NCBI GenBank assembly: GCA_002269645.1
Contig: NIVC01002482.1
Coordinates: 1 to 64,000 of the forward strand
Length of the DNA: 64,000 nt
Origin: Macrostomum lignano
Lineage: Eukaryota
Reading direction: 5' to 3'
Below, one piece after another: positions 49,301-60,950 of the stretch (its first letter is position 1; every line of letters begins with the position of its first letter). The position numbers were made by a program, and so were the translations under genes. The notes under the pieces are model-generated. The model had not been told where the DNA came from. It did no database searches and saw only the letters and a program-made list of their open reading frames with translations.

Positions 49301-49637
49301 TGCACGGGGGTCTTTGAGCCCTGCCGCAAATAAAGGCGACAGAAATCAACTGTTATCATACATTCACCCTTTTAATTTGGATTGCTTTAAAAGCTTTTAA
49401 AAATCAGGATTTTGCTACATCTAATAGCGTATGATAAAGTGTAACAATTCAAGTACTGACAGATTGCCCGCCCCCCAATGACCGCGCCCGCAGCTGCTCA
49501 CAATAGTGATGTCGCTGTGCATTTGCTGCCTGTGCGGAGTCGGCGGCGGCCGGGCCGACAGGCGGCGGCGCAGCCAGTACTCAGCACTGCCGTTGCCCGA
49601 CGGATTTCCGGCTGGCGGCCAAGAGACCCGGCTTTGA
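46396..49637 (+). CDS. Tetraspanin (first TM1 exon not located)
   Basis: Exons 46396-46650 (end of TM1, TM2, TM3), 47514-47612, 47700-47858 (FYCCG...IPWSCC...C), about 48208-48290 (GC...TM4 start), 49494-49637 (LLTIVMSLCICCLC...YSAL...ETRL*). CCG, PxSCC and GC large-loop signature present. The 47858/48208 junction is one base out of phase. Confidence 0.88.
46765..47360. repeat. 30-bp minisatellite (gctcacggctggagttgctgagatgccaat) in tetraspanin intron
   Basis: Tandem units, 10-aa period in the ORF track. Confidence 0.95.
48376..48690 (+). mobile_element. tRNA-derived CORE-like SINE, copy 3
   Basis: Most complete copy: tgtgtccttgagcaagacgcctaactctgcattgcttcagttcacccagctgtaaaatgggtgcc; AT-rich tail. 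Confidence 0.85.
48998..49245. repeat. Two-copy direct repeat, period about 141 bp
   Basis: aacaccgagaaaggcaattaaatggaggcgggc.gggtagaggtttcgtgcggcaagacgcggtcgg occurs at about 48998 and 49139. Confidence 0.9.
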
Positions 49638-49789
49638 GGGCTGCAGCTGGCCTATTTCGGCTGAGTCTGTTAGGGGAACAACTGTTGCTGGGCCTGGCTG
49701 CTCTGAGACAAACTATAACAGTGGTTGAATTTATCATTTTCCAAATGGATAATCTGCGATATCTAAGGATCTAAGAAGTCTGAATGCTA

Positions 49790-50310
49790 CCGGGAAAAAC
49801 TGGAAACCTGGGCTACCGGGAAACCCTGTTAACCTGGGCTACCGGGAAAACCTGGGAACCTGGACTACCGGGAAACCCTGGGAATTTGGGCTACCGGGAA
49901 ACCCTGTTAACCTGGGCTACCGGGAAAACCTGGGAACCTCGACTACCGGGAAACCCTGGGAATTTGGGCTACCGGGAAACCCTGTTAACCTGGGCTACCG
50001 GGAAAACCTGGGAACCTGGACTACCGGGAAACCTGGGCTACCGGGAAACCCAGGGAACTTGGGCTACCAGGAAACCTGGGCTACCGGGAAACCCAGGGAA
50101 CTTGGGCTACCAGGAAAACCTGGGAACCTGGGCTACCAGGAAAACCTGGGAACCTGGGCTACCGGGAAAACCTGGGAACCTTGGCTACCGGGAAACCCTG
50201 GGAACCTGGGCTACCGGGAAACCCTGTTAACCTGGGCTACCAGAAAAACCTGGGAACCTGGGCTACCGGGAAAACCTGGGAACTTGGGCTACCTGGAAAC
50301 CTGAGCTACC
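49790..50310. repeat. Variable about 26-bp minisatellite (ctgggctaccgggaaaacctgggaac)
   Basis: Tandem units downstream of the tetraspanin stop codon. Confidence 0.92.
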
Positions 50311-50879
50311 TGGGTAGCCCGTAGGTAACTACCCAGTTAACTTTACTTCCAAACGTGTGGTTTTTTCAGATTACTTTTAACGCCTGCAAAAAGCAGTTAA
50401 CACCCCCCTATTTCAGTTGCTTAAATTTATTTTCTGCTGTAAATATGTCAATTATTTTTTCGTGTCAATTTTTAGGTTTTGCCATTTTACTCATTTTGCA
50501 TTCGTCATTGGATAGTGTTAGGAAATTGTTTCTATATTTTTAAGTTATGTTTTGTGAAAAATTTATCGAACTGCAGCTGGTGTATTTCAAATGCAAGCGT
50601 TTGTTATTACTTAATAAATGTTAAAATGATAGCTCCTGTTTTAATAAGCGCTTCATAATATGGCAATGTAAAGCCTGCATCCCGATTTTATCAAGCAACC
50701 CTCCTCATAAAAAGTCATTTTCTTGGACCTCTTCGTGGTTTTGTATTATCGATCCAACTGTGTTTGTAGTTTTTTGTGTGCTTTAAGTATCATCGTCTTT
50801 CTTTTCACTTCTGTCTGTGTTAGCGTCTATCTTCGTATCTGGCCTAAATGCTGTCTCCAATGGTGGCGCCTCTGTCTTC

Positions 50880-51517
50880 TAGATGGGCGCCCCTGTCTCC
50901 TAGATATAGGCGCCCCTGTCTCCTAGATATAGGCGCCCCTGTCTCCTAGATATAGGCGCCCCTGTCTCCTAGATATAGGCGCCCCTGTCTCCTAGATATA
51001 GGCGCCCCTGTCTCCTAGATATAGGCGCCCCTGTCTCCTAGATATAGGCGCCCCTGTCTCCTAGATATAGGCGCCCCTGTCTCCTAGATATAGGCGCCCC
51101 TGTCTCCTAGATATAGGCGCCCCTGTCTCCTAGATATAGGCGCCCCTGTCTCCTAGATATAGGCGCCCCTGTCTCCTAGATATAGGCGCCCCTGTCTCCT
51201 AGATATAGGCGCCCCTGTCTCCTAGATGGGTGCCCCTGTCTCCTAGATATAGGCGCCCCTGTCTCCTAGATGGGTGCCCCTGTCTCCTAGATATAGGTTC
51301 CCCTGTCTCCTAGATATAGGTGCCCCTGTCTCCTAGATATAGGCGCCCTTGTCTCCTAGATATAGGCGCCCCTGTCTCCTAGATATAGGTGCCCCTGTCT
51401 CCTAGATATAGGCGCCCTTGTCTCCTAGATATAGGCGCCCCTGTCTCCTAGATATAGGCGCCCCTGTCTCCTAGATATAGGCGCCCCTGTCTCCTAGATA
51501 TAGGCGCCCTGTCTCCT
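50880..51517. repeat. 23-bp minisatellite (atataggcgcccctgtctcctag), about 27 copies
   Basis: Period of 23 measured (gtctcc at 50941 and 50964). Confidence 0.97.
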
Positions 51518-52585
51518 TGGCAAAAGTTGGTCAGCTCCTGTCATTCGTCGAGCTTAGTCACCTTTTTTATGTATGGGCAATTGGGGGGGGGGTGCCCCCC
51601 CCCCTGAGTACGCCACTGGCTCTCTCCTACATCTCAGAACCTTGTCTGAAAAACCCTTGACATCAAACATTCTGCATGTCCCCACCTGTACCGCAATACT
51701 CTGCTGCATGTGCAAATTCGTTTTATATAGCTTTCAGTTTACTAATGATTGAGACGCCATATTTACCTGTCAACTGGCTTAAACTGGCTTTATCAGGCTT
51801 AAATCTAGTTCAAGATGTCGAGACTTTTCAAAGTATTTATTAAATCCACGCTTGCCTGCTTTGTTGTGCGTTTTTCTAGTTTTAGATTTGCTATACTCGT
51901 ATATAAAGTTCTGGTCAAATCCTCGATACTGCCTGCAATTCAATGCTCTATAATATTACACAGAACTACTATATATTTACTATTTCCTATGAATTGCAAT
52001 ACTAATTCTTCGTATAGACTAACTTCAGTAGTATTTTCGAGCGCGAAAGAACAAAATTGGACATATTTGTGCAATGTTATAAAATATAATTCACATCTTT
52101 ACCTACCATTAACTATATTTTATAAAGGTTTTGCCTTTGAATTTTGTTGAAATCCGGATTTATCATTCTCTGCTCTTATTGTTGTTAAACTTTAACCACG
52201 GCAGTGCAAATGTATTTATAGACCTGTTTATTAGCGGGCAAAGCCAAGGAGATCTTCAACCAAAAGACTATGCATAGCTTTGCAAGCCACGCATCCAAGA
52301 AACTCTATCCAGACTCTCGTTTTAGTTCTCCCTGGCAAAGACGCGGACTCGCTGTGTCTCGAGAATCCATGAAGTGTCTCTATTCTGCATTGTTTTCATT
52401 CTATTCAAAACTGCCTTACGGCCCTGTGCTGCGCCGCTGCGGATATGGCATTGCAACTCTTAGCCCGGATTTGAGAGGCCTTATCTAGGATATTCCATCG
52501 TCTATAAAGACAGCGTCAGTATTAGCTTATTACAGAATCCAGTATCTCCATATAAGCCTAAGGTCTAAAATCTGTTCTTGCAAAC

Positions 52586-54209
52586 ATGAAACCTCTGCTG
52601 CTGACTGCGCTCCTCTTGCTGGGCCTCGCGGCGGCCGCCTCCGCATTCGCCGCCTCACCTGCTGACGCTGAGGGCTCTGCAGCTACGGAGGAGATCGCCA
52701 ACGATCTTGAAAGCGTTGACAATCCCGACGAGCTGGAGAAGAGCGAGTACGCGCCCGTAAGCAATTATTTTTAGGGAAATACGCTAATACATGTTGTGTA
52801 TTCTTTTCTTGCTACTCTTCTTCAGTAGCCAATCTCCTATAGAATGCACACACGTGACTTACTACGAGCTAATTGTAAAACTAACAAAGTTGACGCTTCT
52901 GGATTTCTATTGAAGGAATCGGAGGAGGAGCTCGAAACCAAACGGAGTCCTGCTCCAGATCTAGAGCCAACCGCCAGCCGGCAGCGCAGAATCGAGAGTT
53001 CGAGTCGATCGCGCCGTACCCGGCGATTCCTTCAACGCATATTGGACGCCTCACCTGCTGCCGCTGAGGACTCTGCAGCTACGGAGGAGATCGGCAACGA
53101 CCTTGGCAGCGTCGATAAGCCCAATGAGCTGGAGGAGAGCGAGTACGCGCCCGTAAGTATGCGTGTTTAATACGCTATATACATGTACAAATATGAATTG
53201 TGAGCCTCCACATGTACAATAAGAGATTCACTTTAAAGTCTTGTCACGCTACTCTTCAGTAGTTGATTTCGATAGAATACACACACGAATTAGTATTGCA
53301 ATTTCAAGATTTCCACAATCGGAGCGCTTATTGTGTTTCTATTGAAGGAATCGGAGGAGCTCGAAGCCAAACGGAGTCCTGCTCCAGATCGAGAGCCGAC
53401 CGCCCGCCCGCAGCGGAGAGTGAAGTCGAGTAACTCGGCCGCCTCACCAGCTGCTCCCGTTGAGGATTCTGAAGCTACAGAGGAGATCGCCAACGAACTT
53501 GAAAGCGTCGACAATCCCGATGAGCTGGAGAAGAGCGAATACGCGCCCGTACGTATGCGTGTTTGAGTAGAGGTCGCACGGATTTTTGGGCAAATAAAAC
53601 ATGTACAAATGGGAATTGTGAGCTATACTTGTGTCCTATAAGAGATTCGCTTGAAATTCTTTTCTTGCTATTATATTAGAGGATAATCTTCTAGAATGCA
53701 CAAACGTTACTACTGTAAATGAAAGATTTCCACAATCGGAGCGCTTTTTTGTATTTCTATTGAAGGAATCGGAGGAGCTCGAAACCAAGCGGAGTCCTGC
53801 CCCAGATCGAGAGCCGACTGCCAGCCCGAAGCGCAGAGTGAGGTCGAGTCGCTTGCGCCGCATCCTGAGCTTCTTTCGACGCGCCAGCTGGAGAAGCCGC
53901 CGCGGTAGCGGCAGCAAGTCGACTGCAATGTCGGACTCCGCCGCCGAGTGGCGTCGCCGCCGCGGACGTCGCTTCCGTGGTCGGCTGATCCGCCGTCTGC
54001 GCAGTCTGGCAGACCTGCTGGACGGCCTGAACCGGACCACCGTCGGCTGCAGCACCGTCGACGAGAGCCAGCGCCGCAGTCTGGGCCGCTGGGCCCGCCG
54101 GCTGAAGCCCTTCCTGCTGCCGCGGAAGAACTCAACGGCTCCGATTGAGGCTGAGCCTCGGTCGCCCGAGGCAGTGGAAGAGGCTGTCAACGACGACAGC
54201 GCTGAGTAG
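52586..54209 (+). CDS. Orphan secreted precursor, 350 aa: signal peptide, then repeated acidic propeptide / KR / Arg-rich amphipathic modules
   Basis: Exons 52586-52756, 52916-53152, 53348-53548, 53766-54209, all phase 0. Introns share ends (...EYAP|gta...tttctattgaag|ESEE...). Hydrophobic leader MKPLLLTALLLLGLAAAASA; TATAAA at 52503. Confidence 0.85.
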
Positions 54210-54644
54210 GAGGTTTACTGAGTGCTCTGGTGACTTTTCTATCTAAAAATTACATGCCAGTTTCAACCTTCATCACATGGATATTGTTATAACGCTGCTA
54301 ACAGAAAACTATCGCTAAGCCCTACAGTTAATCAAATTAGTTAATATCAGTTTTCCTTTTACTATTATTATTCTGATACTTATTAGTGTACATGTATTTT
54401 GTACGCTTGTACACTGACCAAATCGCAAAACAAACATTACTGAGTGGATACAAATATACATGTTCTTCTTTGATAGTTGACACTCCTACTGGACTTTCTA
54501 ATATTAATAAACTTCAAGCATCTTTTATATAATAATTCCGAAGTTACCGAATCACAATGCTCCAGTATCCAAACTCTGTTAGGCACCACATGTAGTTGTT
54601 CATTATAAATACATGTGGGTAGTTTACACTGACTTAATGCATTT

Positions 54645-55570
54645 ATGTCACTTATCTAACCCTCTGATATGTCACTGATCTAACCCTCTGAAATGTCACT
54701 GATCTAACCCACTGATATGTCACTGATCTAACCCACTGATATGTCACTGATCTAACCCACTGATATGTCACTGATCTAACCCACTGATATGTCACTGATC
54801 TAACCCACTGATATGTCACTGATCTAACCATCTGATATGTCACTGATCTAACCCACTGATATATCACTGATCTAACCCACTGATATGTCACTGATTTAAC
54901 CCAATGGTGTCACTGACCTAACCCATGATGTCACTGATCTAACCCTCTGATATCACTAATCTAACCCATGATGCCACTAATCTACCCTCTGATATGTCAC
55001 TAATCTACCCTCTGATATGTCACTAATCTAACCCACTGAAATGTCACTGATCTAACCCACTGATATGTCACTGATCTAACCCTCTAATATGTCACTGATC
55101 TAACCCTCTGAAATGCTACTGATCTAACCCACTGAAATGTCACTGATCTAACCCACTGGTATGTCACTGATCTAACCCACTGATATGTCACTGATCTAAC
55201 CCACTGATATGTCACTGATCTAACCCTCTGAAATGTCACTGATCTAACCCACTGATATGTCACTGATCTAACCCACTGATATGTCACTGATCTAACCCAC
55301 TGATATGTCACTGATCTAACCCACTGATATGTCACTGATCTAACCATCTGATATGTCACTGATCTAACCCACTGATATATCACTGATCTAACCCACTGAT
55401 ATGTCACTGATTTAACCCAATGGTGTCACTGACCTAACCCATGATGTCACTGATCTAACCCTCTGATATGTCACTGATCTAACCCACTGGTGTCACTGAT
55501 TTAACCCACTGTGTCACTGATCTAACCCACTGATATGTCACTGATCTAACCCATGATGCTACTGATCGAA
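54645..55570. repeat. 24-bp minisatellite (gatatgtcactgatctaacccact) with a higher-order 516-bp duplication
   Basis: 8-aa period in the ORF track; an identical run of variant units begins at 54891 and at 55407 on the minus strand. Confidence 0.95.
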
Positions 55571-55959
55571 CATACTTAGAGAAGGTCTGAACCCCAACAA
55601 ATATCCGGCAAACACAGAAGTGAAAAATGAGCATCAATTATTTTAACAAAATTGTTAGTAATCTAGCCAGGCCGACCTGACAGTACAGGTACACACTCGT
55701 ATATTTATAAAACTGTTAGAAATAAAAACACATGGCACAAAGCTTACATTGATTATTAGACTGAGTCAAGCAAAAATAGTAAAATTGGTTAATATCCACA
55801 CTTCAAGTCAATTTTTATGTACAAAGACTGGAATTACAGGGTAAAAAACGAAGAACACTTTTTTATTGGGCAAAGGATTAAGGTTCTTAGCACCATGGGT
55901 AAAAATATAAGCCGAACAAATGACCCGCAAAATGCAACCTTGGATACGCAGTTGCCCCC

Positions 55960-56190
55960 TTAGATGTGTACTTTTACCTTTGATAAGCACTTTCTCCTCT
56001 TAGATATGTACTTTTCCTTTGGATAATAACTTTTTTCTCTTAGCTATGTACTTTCCCTTGTAAAAGCACTTTCTACCCTCAGATATGTACTTTTTCCTTG
56101 GATAAGCACTTTCTCCCCTCAGATATGTACTTTTTCCTTGGATAAGCACTGTCCTTCCTTACATATGTACTTTTCCATTGGATAAGCATT
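55960..56190. repeat. About 40-bp degenerate tandem repeat (gataagcactttctcccctcagatatgtactttttccttg)
   Basis: About 6 copies visible. Confidence 0.85.
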
Positions 56191-56214
56191 AGATACGCTA
56201 GATGTCCTCCTCCC

Positions 56215-57610
56215 CTAACGCCACGCATCCGTCGCGGCTGCAGTTGCCGACGCCGACTGTCGTCGGTCAAAACGCGGCGACGCCGGCGCGGTCTCCTCCT
56301 CTTCGGCGCTGTCTACGTCAGAATCGGCGCCGCTACCGCTGGCGCCAGACGCGGCGGATTGGTTCTCCTTAGCCGACTTGACCAATTGTCTGCCAGCGCC
56401 GCTTTGTTGGCGCCGGCGCGCCGGTGTAAAAAACTGATAGGCGTGCCTGTGGCACAGCAGCAGTTGGCGCTGGGAATGCCCGACGGCGCTAGTCGCTGGC
56501 GCCGATGTTGGCGCTGGAGCTGGCGTTATTGAAGATTTGCGACCTTTCGACTTCGGTCGAATGCTGGTCGCGACACTATCGTCCTCGTCGACATCGACAT
56601 CCAGGCCGCTGATGTCGAATGGGTCTCGGGGCGCTGCCGACTTCCTGCTGCCGCCGCCGGCGCCGCTTCTTTTCTGCTTTGGCGCCATTTTGCTCTGCTT
56701 CTTTTCCGCTTCTGGCTTCCTCGGCTGCCGCTTGGCGCCTGTGGAACATTGAGAAATCAAACGGAGGAAGGTCAGGCTCTGCAGGCTGGGCCGCTACCCC
56801 CCTCTGTACTGTAGGCTGGCCACCTACCCACCCCCTACTGTAGGCTGGGCACCTACCCACCCCCTACTGTAGGCTGGGCACCTACCCACCCCCTACTGTA
56901 GGCTGGGCACCTACCCACTCCCTACTGTAGGCTGGCCACCTACCCACCCCCTACTGTAGGCTGGCCACCTACCCACTCCCTACTGTAGGCTGGCCACCTA
57001 CCCACTCCCTACTGTAGGCTGGCCACCTACCCACCCCCTACTGTAGGCTGGGCACCTACCCACTCCCTACTGTAGGCTGGCCACCTACCCACCCCCTTAC
57101 TGTAGGCTGAGCAACTACCCGCCCCGTGTAGGTTAGGCACCTCTTCCCAATGTGTATTATGGCACGTCACTCACCTGAAGCCTTGTTCGACACCTGTGCT
57201 GCCTTTTTAACTCCATCAACTTTGGTGGCAGAACTCTTGGTGGCAGCATCCTTGGTAGCAGAACTCTTGGTGGCAGCATCCTTGGTAACAGAACTCTTGG
57301 TGGCAGCATCCTTGGTAACAGAACTCTTGGTGGCAGCATCCTTGGCAGCAGAACTCTTGGTGGCAGCACCCTTGGCAGCAGAGAACTTGGCAACAGGCGG
57401 AGCAGACTGCCTTCTGCGGTCCTGGGTAGCCAATCCAGGCAACGCAGCAATTGCCTGAACCGCAGCCTGCCGCCTTGATGGTGGTCGCCGGTTTTGCACA
57501 TCAGCCTTTGCTGCTAGAGGCGACGAAGCAGGCTTGGAAATGCCGCCATTGGCTGCTGAAATGCCCAGTCTGTTCTGAGCTGTCTGCTTTGCTTGGCGCT
57601 TTGGTGGAGC
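56215..57610 (-). CDS. Partial gene for a basic, low-complexity protein with a coding 10-aa repeat (AATKSSxxKD)n
   Basis: Open frame from about 57610 to 57175, donor TCAG|gtgagt, acceptor ttccacag| at 56738, phase 1 consistent; continues GAKRQPRKPEAEKKQ...DAWR* (56215). 5' end and identity unknown. Confidence 0.55.
56790..57130. repeat. 29-bp minisatellite (ctacccaccccctactgtaggctgggcac) filling the intron of the minus-strand gene
   Basis: Period of 29 measured (56821, 56850). Confidence 0.95.
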
Positions 57611-59524
57611 CAGCAGCCAGTGAAATGTATGACAAAATTTTATGGCATCGAATATGAAAGATTAATACATGCATAATTAACTTGAAATTAATAGCAAAAT
57701 TTTCCCATATCTATATCTGTAGCCATATCTACATTTTCTTGTAGTCTAATTCATATAATTCATATAATGAAGCTCATTCATTTCATACAACTTCTACATA
57801 ATAGTGTCTTAAGCAATAAATTTCTATCTAGGCAGTCTCAAAACTATATAATTTTGTTTTACTAAGATATTACTACGATTTACTAAGAATGCAAAGCAAT
57901 ATCTAAACATTTTGACAATTTAAGCCTTATTGCAAAACTTATCTTCTTGAAATGCTCTAATATATTATTATTAAATGTCTAATCAAAGTTCAAAAGCATA
58001 AAAACAACAATAATTAAAAAACAAGATTATTTTTGATAGATATAGCCACAGCAAGATAGCAAAACTTAGGAGACTATATAAAGGAAAAAAGATTAGAAAA
58101 TTACAAAAACAGTCCAATTTAATAATAGTCCCTTTGGTAAAAAATGATAACCATTTTTGGTAACAGCCACTTTAGTAACAAATTAGAATAACATTATATA
58201 TATATTAATTAATATCCTACAAAAATGCATTTAGAAAGAAAGCTTTTTAGAAATAAAAGACAAAAATAATTCAGACATGTTTTTGTATACTTTAAGAGAT
58301 TTAGATTGATGCAAAAAAACTATAAATGATAAACCTAAATACATGAGCTACTAGCAAGGAAAATAAACATTGTATCTGATTGGTTCCTTTCTATAAGCCT
58401 CTTTATAAAAATACTAAGCAAATATTCTTCTCTGCCTTAATTGTTTAGGAATATTGAAATTATTAGAATTATTTAAAATAAAATCTATTTTATCTTCTAG
58501 GTATTCTAGATACCATTGTCTCGTGGATATGCCAGCCATGCAGAACACCTTTTAACTGCTACAGAAGTTGTCCATGGTGTGTAGGCAGTAGTCAACTTTA
58601 TATGTATGGCCTAGAGGCATTGCAATAATAAAGGACCTTTTTGCAGTTGCATGCCAGTTGTTTTGGTAACAAATTGCTTTTGCAATAGACACACTATTCT
58701 TTTGGTGAAAAAAATTAAAGATTAGGTAAAAATATAATCATTTGAAACAAGAAGCATTTTATAATATCAGTTTGTAGTTATTTTATTATCATAGTTTAGA
58801 AGGCAACATGTATACTAGGATTTCTTGGCATACAAGAGTGCTTGCCATTATTCAGTATACATTAGTATACATCCTAGCATACATGACAGTGGAAAATTAT
58901 CAGCTTATATATTTCTATGACTATGACATAACTGCATATATTAGGATCACTTAATGTATATATGAAGCAACTTTATATAAAATATGCTATATACAATGTC
59001 ATCAACATGGAACAATTATGAATAATAATAAAACAATTTTAAACTGTATGCCCTAAAAATGTTTTTCTTATTTTTAGAAAATTAAAAAGTATTTCAAGTA
59101 TTTTTTTATTATTTTTTCTTAGTGCATGTTTCAAAAGTATATAATTTTTAAGTTTGTTATTTGCATGAATAATGAATTAAAAAATGAAAAAGGGTATAAC
59201 ATAGTATACATAATAAAAAATATTTTTTAGTCTCACCATACAAATATAGTCCCATATTCCCCTATTAGACCTGGTGTACACTAATACACAATCCAAACTA
59301 TGGTTTTGTTAAGATTGACAAACTTAAAAAAACTTTGTCAAAAGATTAATATATTAAAAAAAGAAAAACATAATACTTGTTAGGCCTAGTATTTGTTAGT
59401 TTGTTACATTATAAACATTGATATAAACTTGCTCAAACATGATGTACAAGTTTTCAACAAAAAGGGCTTCCATGAGATTATGGCCTTATATATAGGCCTT
59501 CTAAATATAACCTATAGGCCTATG

Positions 59525-60011
59525 AGGGATAGCGACGTTTGCCTGCAGGATGTTTGCCAGCCAACATTTGCCTGCAGGACATTTGCCAGCCGACATTTGC
59601 CAGCTGATGTTTGCCAGCCGACGTTTGCCAGTGGGACATTTGCCAGCCGACGTTTGCCTACAAGACGTTTGCCAGCCGACATTTGCTAGCCATTTGCCAG
59701 CAGGATGTTTGCTAGCTGACATTTGCCAGCTGACATTTGCCAGCCGACGTTTGCCTGCCAGAAGTTTGCCAGCCAAAATTTGCTAGCCAATATAAAGCCA
59801 GTCAGTGAAAAATTTGATACTGAAATATTCGCAGTTTAGCGGTTTGACAAAAATGGTTTTTACTCCAACTTTTTGACGGTTATTCGCATATATACAAGTT
59901 TATACAAGTTATACAAGTAAAAAAAACGTCCCGCTGGCAAACATGGGCTGACAACGTCCCACAGGCAAATGTTGGCTGGCAAACGTCCCGCAGGCAAACG
60001 TCGTGGACCCA
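59525..60011. mobile_element. Foldback-type non-autonomous DNA element with internal about 14-bp subterminal repeats (tttgccagccgac)
   Basis: 48-bp inverted repeat with 4 mismatches (59533-59580 vs 59956-60003); 7-bp direct repeat GCCTATG at 59518-59524 and 60012-60018. Confidence 0.7.
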
Positions 60012-60739
60012 GCCTATGGCTATATAGTGCAAATGGTGGTACAAATATGCCCACATTCATGCTATATGCCTATAATAGGTCTTATACAATATAATATAGA
60101 ATGTACCTGGTTCAAAGATAATTGAAAAAATCTTAAACTACATGCTTTATGCTCTTTACAAAAGAAAATAGGCCCAAAAAAGCTTATAATTATATAAAAA
60201 TCAATATAGGCCCTAGTGCTAAACTCATTTATATATAGGCCTATATATATAGGGGTAGGGCCTAAGTTTATTGTGGTTCTAGTTTGGTTAAGGCAAAGCC
60301 CACAACTGTATAATATTGTAACAATACTAGAGTCAAACAATCATATACACATATAGACAACTCATTTTAGTAGGTCAATATAGCTTATATGACTAGGCCT
60401 AGAGTAGAGTCTATGATCCCTGGACATTTCGGTGACAAGACGTTTCGGTGACAAATTTAGAAATTTGGTGACACGTTTTAAAAATGAAAGTTTATTAGTC
60501 TGAAAGATAATATACTCATGAACAACAGTTAATACTTACAACTCGTCATATTTTATTGTTTTGCGGTGATTTCGTCACTGACTTTGTTATATCTCTACAC
60601 TGAAATTTATTTCAATTTTTTATGATCAAGTTAATTGTAGATTTAGGCTAGGGCCTTATTGATTATTGACAAGTCAAGGAAATTTACGTCAAAAAGCATA
60701 ATATTTTTACGAGTATATTTAAACAGCTATTGTTACCTC

Positions 60740-60950
60740 TCTACAGTAGACAGTAGAGAGGAGAGATGTGGGGGGAAGAGTTGAGTGGAGAGATGAGAGA
60801 CGATAGATAAGAGAGTAGAGATGAGAGATGAAAAAGGAGTGGAGAGGTGAGAGATAGTAGGAGAGAAGAGAGAAGAGAGAAGCAAGAGGAGAGGGGAGAG
60901 AGAGGGGGAAGAAAGAGAAAGTAGATAGAAGAGAGAATAGAAGAGTACGA
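60740..60950. repeat. AG-rich low-complexity tract
   Basis: Visible in sequence. Confidence 0.85.

Noticed and set aside
46750-50304. Repetitive ORFs (EMPMLTAGVA)n and (GLPGKPGN)n resembling collagen or antifreeze proteins
   Set aside because: They derive from non-coding minisatellites within or after the tetraspanin gene; open in several frames and both strands, with no splice or start support.
25171-55570. Regular 20-42 bp repeats as possible CRISPR arrays
   Set aside because: Units are head-to-tail with no unique spacers, there are no cas genes, and the context is eukaryotic.
57660-59500. Very AT-rich stretch (also 44970-45600)
   Set aside because: No ORFs, repeats or termini recognised; ordinary intronic or intergenic DNA.
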